Under the pieces are notes generated by a model. It had not been told where the DNA came from and did no database searches. It saw only the letters and a list, made by a program, of their open reading frames with translations. A stretch of 55,858 nt of DNA, the filler included, from Sphacelaria rigidula (taxonomy: Eukaryota): assembly GCA_964200075.2 (NCBI GenBank). It is 5 parts of 5 records of this genome, joined end to end, with 100 filler letters (N's around TTAATTAATTAA, not from the genome) between each part and the next. Parts side by side here need not be neighbours in the genome. Positions count along the whole stretch, not along the records: positions 11,193 to 22,284 come from CAXNAA020005401.1; positions 22,385 to 33,476 come from CAXNAA020005402.1; 3 more parts are not named here. The stretch is one strand, 5' to 3'. Positions 13,841 to 26,391 of the stretch are shown in pieces; position 1 is the first letter of the stretch; each line of letters starts with the position of its first letter. A program made the translations under genes and the position numbers.

Positions 13841-13943
13841 GGGGGTGTACTCATGATCTTGCATGCCTGTAGTCAGAAGACCGTTGATCTCGCATCCCTA
13901 CAAAGCCGGAACGGAACACGCCGGGTGTTCGCCGGACCAGGCT
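13841..13943 (-). repeat. Near full-length copy of the C-tailed ~105-bp repeat
   Basis: gggggtgtactcatgatcttgcatgcc...ccctacaaagccggaacggaacacgccgggtgttcgccggaccaggct. Confidence 0.85.
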
Positions 13944-14277
13944 CACAATCAATCACTAAGCACGAAGGGTGAGAGCTGTATCCTGCTGAGATTGTTCGGT
14001 CCGAAGCAAACTGATTATCTTGCATATGGATGACAGCCCACAATGAGTTCATTCATTTTCTGTTACTGTATCTATATATGAGGGCAGCGGCGAGGCGAAA
14101 GCCATCATCTCGGTCTCTTCTGCTCTGCTTGTTTGGTTCTGGGTAGTTCGGCAGATATGAAGCACTACTCTTCTCAACACTTCTTCATGCAAAACATGGC
14201 GTGCTTTACATGAAATATGTGGAACAGGCAGAATTGTTCCCGCACATGATGAGTGTGCCACAAAGGATACCACCTCG

Positions 14278-14350
14278 CCCCGGTGGTGTGATGGTCCAAC
14301 TGACACCATTATGGTCGTGGGTTCGATTCCCGATGCTTTAGGTTTTTTAT
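14278..14350 (+). mobile_element. tRNA-derived SINE-like fragment
   Basis: ccggTGGTGTGATGG (A-box-like), gtgGGTTCGATTCCc (B-box), then a T-run. Confidence 0.5.
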
Positions 14351-16159
14351 TCCAAGCGTCTGATTTTCACTGTCGATAGCGTGAGTACGTGAGTAGACAA
14401 AAAGTCCTTGACTGAGTTTGTTTGACGACAAATGGCGCGGTGCGAGACTGCTGACCCAATCCGCGACACAAAAACGTGAGGCGTGCGCCCTGGAGAGATG
14501 AGTCGACCCCTTGAGACCACGGACTCATCCAGGGGATGGGGAGGTTCAAAGTGCTACAAAAAAAAAATGAGAAACTTCGCACACAATGTAACTATACCAC
14601 CGTCATTGACTGCAATAGACCACACCATCACATGATACAGTAGCAGAGCGCACGAATTTCTCCACCGCGATGAGCTGCTGGCAGAAAGCACTTCACAATT
14701 CAACAATTACATACGTTATCACACGGTCGATAGGATGATGACGAGACTCGGAAAGTTAACGTGCAATACTTCACGAGCCAAGCGTTCAACGTTTGCTGTC
14801 TATATTATGTTAACAATGAGATATACACGCTGGTTCAGAGTGAACGACCGGAATTTACTCCCCATAGATTGCTCACGCCGTTTCCTCGAGTCAAGACCCT
14901 GAAATTTTCCACACGGGTGCTCTGAGGTGCTTAAAAAGGCTATATGAATGGGATCTTTCGATTTTTCCGTTTCTAGCAAGATACCCGAGGTCCCAGGAGG
15001 CGGTGTCGAAGGCTTGAACAATCACTCGTACGTGCATTGAAGTATACAAATGTACGCGGAATTCCCCTAGTCCCTTGATTATAGTATATGTTAATCGATG
15101 TTTCCTTGTGCACTTGAGCTCAAGTCGACCGTTTGGCGTCAGCTTTTGAGTTACGCAACGAAACTTCGTACAAACATTCCTTGGATTACCTGAGGACGAG
15201 TCGAATTTGAATTTCTTAATTTGAAGCAATCTGTAACGACTTCTAGGGAGTCTTCATGCTGGGACCCCCGGAAGCTGGTGAAGAGCGGATAAACTTTCAA
15301 ATTTTCTTCAACAATTTACTTGTATTCGTAGCATCCATGTATATATATATATATAGGTGGATAATGGTTTATAAAAAAAAGGGGAAAATAATAATGTTTG
15401 GGTTGGTATTGCGTTTTTATTATTTGGTGGAAGGGAAAAACAATATACTGTACCAAACTGCCAAGTTTGAGGATGATCGGAGCAATTCTACGAAAGTTAC
15501 AAGGGAAAACATCACCAGGATTTCTGGGTCTTCGCTGCATATTATCAGGGGAAATCCGACGACGCCAAACCCCGTATCACCCGACAAGATGAAAAACATT
15601 AAAGAGGGACTATGTTACGCACCCTGGACGATATATTACACTGTCAAAAAGTGAACTGCCTACAGTACCGACTATCGACGCAATGGTCGATACTGTACGC
15701 AGTACACTTTTTGATCATGTAATCTTTTGTCCAGGGTATGCCAAATTGTACGGTGAAACGAATAATCAAACAAACAAACGCACGTACAAATAGACCGTCA
15801 AACACCACATGAAGGAAAAGACACACCACGGCAAAAAAAGTGGGGCATATGAGTAAACACTGCACACCACACTCGAACGTCTACACACGTCATTTTCAGC
15901 GTGAGGGGGAGGGGAATTGGCAATATTTCTAAGTTGGCCGCCAGACGTATTCGGGCTTTGCTGATACTGAAGTTGGTTCATGTATTGAGAGGTATGCTGC
16001 TGGACTCGAAGAAGCAAGGATGCACACTGTTTCCGAACGTTTGATACGAGTTGACCGCGGGCCATGATGGAACATCGAATTAAATATGGTGAATAGAGGA
16101 AACAGTAACGCCTCTGAGTGGTGGGGTTGCCTGAAGACTGCATCGCACTCCGTAGTTAT

Positions 16160-16231
16160 GACTGATTCTTGACTGATTGATTGTCGCGCTTTAGCTGACC
16201 CTGACCCCCCACGGATCCAGCCGTGGTCACA
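16160..16231 (-). repeat. Short retroposed repeat with (AATC)n tail
   Basis: Minus strand reads tgtgaccacggctggatccgtggggg...cgcgacaatcaatcagtcaag; homologous to 46322-46385. Confidence 0.7.
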
Positions 16232-16352
16232 CGAAGTTATGGCGAAGGAAAAGGTCAGTTAGTCTATCTAACTAGTTAGTTGTCCGTGCGCGTTGGTTCA
16301 CTCACGCGGGTAACGGAGCTCCTTGCAAAGACCTTCCTTCATGCTGTATGTA

Positions 16353-16949
16353 CTTCCTTTGTCTCACGAATTAGGACCGAATTGTTCGTGCGGGTCCTCA
16401 ACCGTATCCGATTTTTCCCCGTTATTTTTGTTTTACACTCTTTCGGGCGTTTCTTCAGTTGAAACCCATTCACTTATTCCTACAGTTTCCATTTCCACCA
16501 TGCGGCCGACGGGTCAAAACTTCATCCGGCCGGCCCGAAAATAACCGTATTTCGCCCGTGTTCCGGGGGGGGCAAAAGAAAAGGAAGAAGCCGGTAGAAA
16601 ACAACAAAGTCACATCAAAAGTTCAGAAACGTGGTTATGGACGAGGCAAACCTAGCCTCCATGCACGAAGTTACCCAAAACAAAGAACGTCTGACGTATT
16701 TTTGCCCTCATTCACCGGGTTTCCTCTTTTTTTTGCCCCCGGAATATTGGCGAAATACGACCATCGTCAGGCCGATTCGTTTACTTCGGCCCTTCGGCCG
16801 CATGGTGAAAATGGGACCTGTAAAAACGAAAAAAATCAGGGTTCAGCTCGAAAAATGCCAGAAAATGCAGTAAGAAAAGCGACAAGGGGATCGAACACGG
16901 TTAAGGATCCATGCAAATAATTTGGTCCCAACTTATGGGACAGTGGAAG
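16353..16949. mobile_element. Foldback MITE with ~280-bp degenerate inverted arms, Stowaway (Tc1/mariner)-like termini
   Basis: Left ta|cttcctttgtctcacgaattaggaccgaatt; reverse complement of right end cttccactgtcccataagttgggaccaaatt. Internal arms also match (tttccaccatgcggccgacggg vs cccttcggccgcatggtgaaaa). Confidence 0.75.
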
Positions 16950-17119
16950 TTTTTTTTTTTCTTTTTGCCAACATGTTGATATGTCATATGAGGCCAGAAC
17001 ACGGGATCCCTGAAAATAGGAGAATGGTTTTGAAATGGGACAGAACAAAGAGGAGACGGGGAGATGAACAAATACCAATAATACGCTTGCAGAAAGGGGG
17101 GAAAAAAATCTTTCTTCAC

Positions 17120-17266
17120 CGGTGAACGTCTTCGAGGTCAGCAACACCGCCGTTGGAAAACACGGGTACCGGTAGCGCCTTTTTTATTTGTCGGATCGCG
17201 TTCCAGTTGCACGACGCTGTAAGTCGTCCCTTTTGCTCTTTCGTCCTGCCATGCACCGTAATAATT
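17120..17266 (-). CDS. DUS1: tRNA-dihydrouridine synthase (DUS1-like), internal exon
   Basis: Acceptor ccccttttttctcgtcag, donor CG|gtgaag. Translates IITVHGRTKEQKGRLTASCNWNAIRQIKKALPVPVFSNGGVADLEDVHR, with the Dus TVHGRT and PVF.NG motifs. Confidence 0.9.
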
Positions 17267-20200
17267 CTGACGAGAAAAAAGGGGGTCACGAGAAAACGTA
17301 CACGTATACGTGGGAGGGGGGGCAAAGCAAGAACGAAACACGAGTAAAAAACAAAATAAGAGATGAGAAAACAGAGGAATATAGACAGCGAACAAAAAAC
17401 GGGTATTCCCCTTCCCACCCACTAAAAAAACGAAGGGCCGGGCGATATTTTCAAATTATATATCGTAACGGAAAAAAAATAAAATAAAACAGCTTGAAAA
17501 AAAGTGATTTCGTTGTGGTTTGTTCGCGTGTGTCTTACATGTATGCTACGAGGCAGGCCGACCTGTCGGTTGACCTTATTCTTTCGCCCACAAGCACACA
17601 CTTTGAAAAACAATGGTCTGAGGAAACGCGCGCGGAGTTAGATGTCGCGGTCATTCGATTGACAAATAATACATAGCCCAGAAATCCTTCCTGCAGCGCG
17701 TGCCTTGTGATTCGGGTAGTGGTTCGACAAGTGACCTACTTGAAGAGTCACGTCTGCAGTTTGTGCAATTCGTACAGCAAAGACGCTGGCTTCTGTTGCA
17801 ACTACAGCCCCTCTCCATACTGTGGCACTGAGTACAACACAGCACATTGAAGCCCCCCACCCACGATTAGTTACAGCTACGAGCTGGGCCGGCCGTAAAT
17901 CCCACATACGCATATCACACCACAGCTTCTCACGTTTCCTAATCCAGCCCGACATGAGCATATCACTGTGAACTGCGGATTAAGCTGGTAACGCACGGCA
18001 CCGCCGCTGGTCGATTGGCGCAGTTCTAGCGATGAATTCTAATGTACTATATTGAGTACCGAGTACGTCTCATGTCGTTGTGTGTTAGCATGTGTGGAGA
18101 CGTTTCGTCTCACAAAATGCGGTGGAATTACGACAAACAGTCGCGGCACACAGGCAAAAGCGCAATAATTGTGCTACAAGGTGGGATCAAGCTCGTCAAC
18201 AGCTCGATCATAAGAGAGGACCTCCGAGCCGACTGTCATAGGTCCCCGTGAGAGGGAGAAGTACTACTTAAAACTGCGATATCTCCCTCCTCCCCCAATC
18301 CCCCCAAATGCAAGACCGTCACCAGAATACTTGGAGACAAACCAAGCCACACTGAGGCGAGAAAGACCGCTTCGCACATGTTTTGGACCGGAGCTTGTAC
18401 GAAGCAATCGCTTTTTCAGCTGGAAGGAGATTGTTCGGTATAAAAAATGAAGCGTACGACGGGAACCACGTGATACAAGTGGGGGAAATGACGAATTATG
18501 CACACAAAACAAATGTCAGATTATGCGGGGCAAAACATGATTGTATCGGGATTCGAACTCGTGACCTGTGGAATTGGAGGCTTTTGTATAACACAAAAAA
18601 TGCCAGACTGGACTCACTTTTAGGAATTTCGGCCGATATTTCTCCTGCACGCACGCACATACAAATTTTCTGGGGATGACGCCGTTCTTTTTTTTTTTCA
18701 CGGAATTATGACATTTTTTCAGTTTTGCTAACTAAAATTTCAAATCGCTCCAACTTTTTGTTTTTTCCTGTCATCCCGAGAAATGCTGCGCGCATGATGA
18801 TAAAAACGTCATGTCGAAATTTCAGCGCCCAACTCCTTAAATTCACCACCGCTGGGCCCCAAAACATTAAAAATCATTGTCAGCTGGCCCAGCTCGTACC
18901 ATTAACAGAGTCGGCTCACCAATCCATTGCAAGTTGCTGAAATGTCATGATGTTGCTGTGTTAATTTCGATCATACCGCAAATGGTAGTGGCGACCTGAC
19001 CAACACGAACCCGCGGCCGATCTCATTTATCGAGCAGGAAAATAGAACAAGTGCCGAAGTCTCACCGATAGATACCGAGCAGCTGACGTATTCTCCGAGC
19101 AACCACTACCCTGTCAGCCTTCCCAACAACAGCAGGAAAAGAAAAAACGAGCGACCGGCCAACTAGATGGCACTCTCAAGTGGGAAACTATGAACGTTCA
19201 ATGGTAGTCTCAAAATGAACCCGGGATGTACTACGGCGGAACTAGGTAGTGACCATGGACAAAGGAAACTAGGATGTTCGAACAACTCGAAGACGCACTG
19301 AGGCGAAGACGGGCGATATTGGCGGCCGAGGGAGAAATACCAAGGGCCTCAGGGCGGCGAAATCGAGATTTCAGCAACTTTCGCATGGACTGATAAACCA
19401 AGTAGGGCTCAGCTCTACAGCAATGGGTACGCAAAACACCAGGTGTTTATCGAACGCCGCAGTGTTGAGAGTAACGTATATACGTACAGGAGTGGGCGGT
19501 CTAACTATTCAGCGGTCTTTCGGGGATTTCCTCGCGTAACACTCTTCGATAGAACTCGACATTGCTGGCGTCGGTAGATTTTGGTACAATGAACAGATCA
19601 TCTTCGAAACACAGGGCCCAAGTCAGTGTTAGTTGGTGTTATCGGGCGACACGAGGAAATACCACGTTCATCAGGAGGGTGTCGTTGACAGTGAAACACA
19701 GTTTTTCAACTCTAGTGTAATGAGTAGGTATAATTTTTCAAAATAAAACTGTGTATTTCTTCACAAACATGATCGCGACAGGTTCGATCGACCGGGAATA
19801 CCGAAGAGTAAGAATCTGGCCTGAAACGTGGCAGGGCCCCCGATGACCGGTCGGGCCGTAAATCTCTCAATATTGACTACATATGATTTTCTTTTTTCTT
19901 GGAATGTGGAGCGGATACAAATATCTTCAAACCCCCGAGGTGGCAAGCGAAAAGAGCCAAAGAAAATCGCTAATTACGAAAAAATCACAAAATGCCACAA
20001 AAGGAATAGTTTAACCGCCCACTACTGTAGTGACATCATGTATACCGTAACTTTAGAGTGACCATGTTCGTAGAACTCCGGAGAATCGTGATCATTTTTG
20101 CGGAGACAACATTCCCCCCAAAGCACACGAAAGAACAAAAAATGTATCACGAGCCGCCTCACGACGCCTTGGGGGTACAGTACAATCTGGGTTGAAGAAA

Positions 20201-21379
20201 AAAATCCTGTTCCCCCAGGGACACGCTGCTGTGGTGTCACCCAGGTGTTTTCATGTAGGATCGCACAAATGTATCCAACTGGGCCGAAGTCCTTCACAGT
20301 ATGGCGGCGCGTGCACCGCGCCTTGACAACGGTTTTTAGTGGGTCCGACCCCCAAACTGCATTAAACAAAGCTTGCGAACGCTCGAGGCGCCCACCCCCC
20401 ACATGACTGCGGCGAGGCAGTCTAGCCGAACCTCAGGGTAATCGACACGCGAACCCGATTGCGGGGTACATTTCGGGTCAGGTTTTCTCTTTTCTTCACG
20501 GAAAAAAATGAAAAAAAGAACAAGTGTACAAGTATCGAAGTGCTGAATCAGCATCACATTCGCTTGATAAAGTGGCTACCAGACATTGTTGTACTACGGG
20601 CGATCAGAGGCGTATAGAAGGACAACATCGTCTTCTTCCCGCATATACGACAACCATTAATCTCACTCTCCACCCACACTGCCGTACCAACAACCTCGTA
20701 GTACCACATGTTGAGCCGGAACCCTCCGGCTTCCTACACCATCACATTTCCCCGAGTCAACATTCAAATTTCCGCATGGGATTTCACACATGTCCGGACG
20801 GGAGGAACAAATGAAAAAAGAGATAATGCCATATGTTGGATTCTTACTCGGCCGCCTGCTTCTGAAGTCATTCGGGTTTCCGGTCATACCAGGTCATCAT
20901 CTCTAGTACCCCTTGATGTCAAGTAGCTTTAAATGAGATACTCCGCACCCCCGTGATGCCAGAACGGGCCAGGGATTCTCCGCGTAAGTTTTTCCAAGAA
21001 ACGCCTCCATTGATTCGGCGCCCTTTTCGTCAGGCGAACTCTATAGACAAGGGGGAATATGAGAACACATAACGCAGGTGCTATACAGAATACATAAGGC
21101 AGAGGTGGTATCAAAACCATACTTCGAGTGATTATCTCGGATAAACTGCGGCGATCACGCCATGCCGCTGGAGGTGTTGCGTCGTTGGAAGCATCTTCCC
21201 AATTTCTTCTGATAGGACGGGACTTTATTGTACCAGTGCAAGGGCCCTGTTCAGTTACAGAGAAGATCGAGGTCGGGTGTTCTTGATCGCTCCGGGGTGA
21301 TACACCACGTAATGTGAACATAGCTAACATTTAATCCCAATTCCTATGTTTCTCGCCATACCTTTGTACCCCCGCTCTA

Positions 21380-22185
21380 ACACCAGAAAGATTGCAGGAG
21401 CAATTAGAGAAGGCGCTAGAGTACACTAGGAAATGGGAAGTGGCGGCGAACGTAAACAATATCGCGGTACTTGTATGTGACGAAGATAAGAACAACCCGG
21501 TAGAGTTTAAATGGAAATGGGGAGAAGAGGAACTACCGATCGTAGACCAGTGTACATACCTTGGCGTGGAGATCTAAAAAAACTGTTCGTGGGATGCACA
21601 CATAAAAAATAATAATAAAAAAGAGTGAGGCACAGATAGACAAGACGGACGCGATCCCAAGAGACTCGAAACTGGATACTAGGATTAAAATACCTACTCT
21701 GATGAACGTGATTGTACCAGAACTGCAAATATGCAGGAGAAATATGGGAGGGGAACGCGAGGTGGTGGAGAAGTTAGAAGCAGTACAGATGGCAGCAGCT
21801 AAGAAGATACTTGGATGCTCAAAAACGGCGAGTAATACGGTATCAAGAGTAGAGTTGGAAAAGTAGCCCGCTTGAAACAAACACACACACGAGACAATTG
21901 AAATGGCCATGAAGCGCAAGGAACATGCCAAGGAAAATGTTGCCAGCCATATATGATAGGGCTGTACGGAAGAAAAAAGACGAAACAGCAGGCTGGAATG
22001 AGGGGGGATGAACTGGTTGAGAGGAAAGGAAGGACAAAGAAGGAAACAAATACGGGATATTGTACATGAATGAATGCGGGGGGTGCAAGACAAAAGTGAT
22101 GGGACATGATAGAAGTAGGAGAAAAACAAGCGCTGAGACGGAAAGTAGACGAGGAAGAGCACCTGAAGATATACGGGGGGTTTAG
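21380..22185 (+). mobile_element. Decayed non-LTR retrotransposon, C-terminal part of ORF2
   Basis: LQEQLEKALEYTRKW...KWGEEELPIVDQCTYLGVEI*KNCSWDAHI...EKLEAVQMAAAKKILGCS...LKIYGG; RT thumb region with stops and frameshifts; ends at the contig edge. Confidence 0.8.
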
Positions 22186-22284
22186 AGTGGGGGGGGCGGG
22201 GGGGGGGGGGGGGGAAAACTTTTTTGTTTTTGTTTGTGGGTTTTTCCCATTCACCCCCCTCCCCTTGTTGGGCGGGGAAGGGGG

Positions 22285-22384
22285 NNNNNNNNNNNNNNNN
22301 NNNNNNNNNNNNNNNNNNNNNNNNNNNNTTAATTAATTAANNNNNNNNNNNNNNNNNNNNNNNNNNNNNNNNNNNNNNNNNNNN
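22285..22384. other. Artificial contig-joining spacer
   Basis: N44-TTAATTAATTAA-N44. Confidence 0.98.
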
Positions 22385-22997
22385 GCTCGGCCTTTCCCAT
22401 TTCGATTTACGTGAAGATTTTGTCTCCCAAAAGTATGCACTTTTTGGGTGGGGGCTATCGTAGAACGTGTCTCAATGGCTTCGATACCTATGATTGTGTT
22501 CGGGCCCGCTAGCCCAATGTGCCCACTGAACTGGCACCTTTCCCACCTAGACGGTAAGTATCGAACCATGGCACGATGTCCAATGCCGTCCTTATGTAGA
22601 GTCAACGCCGGCATGCTCCCCAAACAATTAGCATGCGTCTGCATAAAAAATGTTTTTGGGGAAGTTTGAGTGTCCATGCCGGCGCGTCACTCCATTTATA
22701 TATTGTATATAGTGTGCTTCACACAAATGTGACGCGAATCCACACTGAAACACAGCTTTTCTTCCTACGAGTACGAAACAATGCAACCGCGCTGTTTCAC
22801 AGTTGCGTGTCCTCATTGGTTTCAATAGCAAAAACAACGGCACCATGGTATGCTTGCACTCTCTTTTCGGATTGCCTCAATCATGGTAGAGTACGCTGAA
22901 CGGTAAAAAGTAAGCATGGACTAGGTAAACTCTGTCGTCCTGTATGTGCCTGGTATCACGTGATTTCCCGCCGCATTCGCACTTCGTTACAAACAAC

Positions 22998-23179
22998 CCA
23001 AGAAGAGCGCCACCAACGGCTTTATGCACGAGCTTATCCGAGATGGTTCATCAGCACGCGTTACAATTTCTCATCTTGAACGAGCCCAAGCAGAGCGCTA
23101 TCAACGGCTTTATGCACGAGCTTATCCGAGATGGTTTATCAGCACGCGCTACAATTTCTCATCTTAAATGAGCCCAACA
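22998..23179. repeat. 88-bp tandem duplication in the retroelement leader
   Basis: caacggctttatgcacgagcttatccgagatgg starts at both 23014 and 23102. Confidence 0.9.
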
Positions 23180-23454
23180 GAACATTGCCGACCTCCAAAG
23201 CAAAAGCAAAAGGACCTAGCCAAAACAATCGAATAAAAGGCAAAACGGTGTAAAGAGAATGGCACGAGTTCAACGGACCAGAGGGTCTACAAATACTTCG
23301 AGGCGTTTTCGGACATCAGGTTCCAGAGAGCTGCGGAAGCTGTGCAGCCGCGTTGTCGTTATCTACTGTTGTGGCTGTTCGTTGTTTGTTGCGGTTCGTT
23401 GTTGCCTGTTGTCTCTGTTATTGTGCTGCTGTTACCGTTTGTCGCTTTTGGTAT

Positions 23455-23534
23455 TGTCTGTTGTTGTTGTGGTTGGTGGTGGTGGCGCTGCTTCTGCCTG
23501 TCATCGTCTGTTGTTGCTGCCGCTGCGGTTGCTG

Positions 23535-23577
<43 letters not shown>

Positions 23578-23580
23578 GTT
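23455..23580. repeat. (TTG)n/(CTG)n microsatellite
   Basis: Visible directly; source of the spurious poly-L/A/C/Q ORFs. Confidence 0.9.
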
Positions 23581-24458
23581 GTCGTCGCTTTTGTTACTGC
23601 TATTATCAACTTTGCTGTTGCAGTGGCTGCGGCTGTTTCTGCTGTGCTTTCCGTTACCCTGCTTTGCGGTTAACTGTCCCGCCTGAGGCGTTGCAACTTT
23701 TGCGTTTACCGTCCATGGGTAGTTGTACCTTGCCGGCTATAGCACTGCCTGTGGAGGGACGACTAGTTTTAGCCCTCATGTGCGCATTACGCCTCTTACA
23801 TCTGCATGTTGGAAGTCACGAGTAGTTCTCTAGCGTGCTTCTTGTACCGTGCTCCACTTTGATCACATGAGCTTTGGCTGATGAACGATTGTCATTACCA
23901 CACGTGCCTCAATGGTTACGACCGAGGTCCCCACCTAACTGTTTCCCTGAGGTGCACCTCTGCGTGGTGATGAGACAGTGTTCACTATTTTTTTATTTTC
24001 GTTTTGAGCCCGCGGCTGCCCGTACTGTTCACTATTGCGGTTGTTGCGATTAACGACAGCACCTTTTATGACCGATCCTCCTGGACTGACCATGTACAAA
24101 ATGGAAAAGCATCATAACATAGTTGTGGGTCCTTGAAAAAGATCATCAGTCCTTGAACGCTGACTATCATTGAAAACATGTACTAATCTATGCGATGCCT
24201 CCGTTCCTCCCCCTTCTGCCCTGTCCGCGTCCCTGTCCCTCTCCCTGCTGTTGTTGTCATCGGTTTTTGTTTTCTTGCCTCATATTGAATGGGGGCAAAA
24301 AAAATTGTGTCGTTCCGCATCTCTGTTTTCTTGGATCACATCTTATTGTGACCATGGGGTAGGGATTGACGAATCACACGTGTCCCACCGATGTTTCATG
24401 CTGTACTGTTTCATGCTGTACTAGTTGGTAAGTAGAGCATATTACACTAGAAAAAAAA

Positions 24459-26391
24459 ATGTCTGGCAGGGGCGCTGAACGCTGTGAGAGACGAGGAAGG
24501 CAGAACGATATACGCCGCTCCCACTTCAGGTTCTCCTCGGCACGCCGCAGTCGCTCCAATTCCCGGGACTCTCGCTCCCGCTCTCGCTTTCACCGCCGTC
24601 GACGCAGCCGTTCCGATTCACGAGACTCCCGTAGTCCTCGCCGTAGTTCCCTTCGCCCCTCGCGCTCTCGTTCTACATTTCGTCGCCGCAATTTGTCCCG
24701 CGTGACATACCGCTCCACGAGCCGTCCCAGAACGAACCGTGACAATCAGTCATCCCGGGACAGCCACGACACGGAGGAAAGCAAGGAGGAAAGGGTGGGA
24801 GGGGCCGAAGCCAACCAACTGGCTAAGGTGAACAAACGGGTGAGGAGTCGCATTGCAAACACCTCCAAAATGCCAGTGTACACGGGCACTTCTCCAGGTA
24901 AACTAACTATAGCGAACAGTGCAGTACTCCTCCAGGAGAAGATCTGGAGCACATTGCGTCACGTGGAACGTGCAGCGCTGAAGCTCTCCGAAGACGTACC
25001 GCTGGGTGGAGGAAGGTAGGTCACAAAATCGACAAGTACTCGCCCCGCCGCCGTGATCTGCTTTTGGACTTGCTTGCAAAGGGTAGCACTACTGCCACAG
25101 CGCTGCTGTCGGGCACCAATGTTCGGGTGCACCGAATCTCAGGCTGAACCGAAATTGTCCGCCATGATCAGGTCGCGGCTACCGATTGGTGGCGTCTCTT
25201 GGTTCGTGAACAAGCTCTCAACAGTGATTCCGCCGAAAATGCACGTGAAGCGTTGAAGGGGATCGCTCTGGAAAACGGTGAATCTTGGGAACATGTGGCT
25301 GAGCGAGTTCGGTTGGCTTATAAAGCCACCATAGCTACCGCAAGCCGCCCGCATGCCACTGAGACTGAATTATTTGGCGTTTTATCACGAAAGAGCAGCT
25401 GAACGAACGATATCAATGGGTCGTCCGAGCCGTCTTGCCCGATGAAGTTCGCAGGGATGGCATGCAATCACTGCTCCACGAGAAAATGAACGTAGTAGAC
25501 ACCAAGCTCGCCGACATGGCAGAGGAGCTGCAAAACCGCATGGGGGGACCTATGCGCCGGCGTGGTGAAGTAGCAAAAAGGTTGTACGAAGAGTTTATCA
25601 GAGTTCATACCGCACGCCCCTCGTCACATTACAGGAAGCCCGTCCAGAAAAAAACAAGTCGCACGGTAGGACCAGACCGCCTTTTCTCGCTAGAAGATAT
25701 TCAACAAATGTCCTCCGGGCAATTCACTGCGCTCCGCGGTGAAAATGAAGGATCGATGCCCCGTCTTGCCGCAGACCCTGCGTCCGCTCCCAGAATCTTA
25801 CCACAGATAGAGTGCGCGCAACCGTAGTCGAACAAGCGCGCTCAGCAGCAGACGCCGGCCCTGGCGGCGGCATTCAACAACACACCAGGGGCCATCCCAG
25901 GACAGCGCGGTGTTCCTTTCGTGGAGCAGAAACAACGGTCGGCCAGAGAATTTCAGAGTCAAGGTTGGGCAGCGGCCGCGAAAGGGGTGTCTTCGTCGCC
26001 TGCTGCACCACCCCCGCCACCAAGTTCATCCTCGGCTGTGAGTACCCGAGACCAGCAAGCCGCCCCCTCCCCGACTGGCGACCGAGAAGAGGTCATCGAT
26101 TACCTCCGCAGAAACGAGATCTGTTTCGGCCACGCTGTCATAGGTACCTGCCACCGCCGCGATGGCACTCCCTGTCCGTACACGCACGGTATTATATCGC
26201 CGGCTCACCGCAGAAACATCAAAACCCGCCGTAGAGCCGCTGCCCCCCGAAAGCGACTCGCGGCCCTTACGGAAGCCCATTACCTAGCGGCGATCGACAT
26301 GGGCCTGATCAACGAGGGTAGCGATAGTGGACGGGGGGACGAGGAAGACGAGGCCGAAGGGACGCCCTCCGAAAGCAACAGCGAAAAATGA
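24459..26391 (+). pseudogene. gag: gag-like ORF, frameshifted, with RS-rich N-terminus and CCCH finger
   Basis: ORF pieces 24459-25019, 25199-25402, 25435-25827 and 25921-26391 lie directly upstream of the protease; CFGHAVIGTCHRRDGTPCPYTH at 26122-26187. Confidence 0.7.

Noticed and set aside
12192-14350. Functional tRNA genes at 12192-12281 and 14278-14350
   Set aside because: A/B boxes are present but acceptor and anticodon stems do not form; treated as SINE-like.
20590-20680. Minus-strand FYTPLIAR resembling the DUS1 CYTPM motif
   Set aside because: No flanking APMV motif or convincing splice sites.
23259-23825. Poly-Leu/Cys/Ala/Gln ORFs
   Set aside because: Translations of a CTG/TTG microsatellite.
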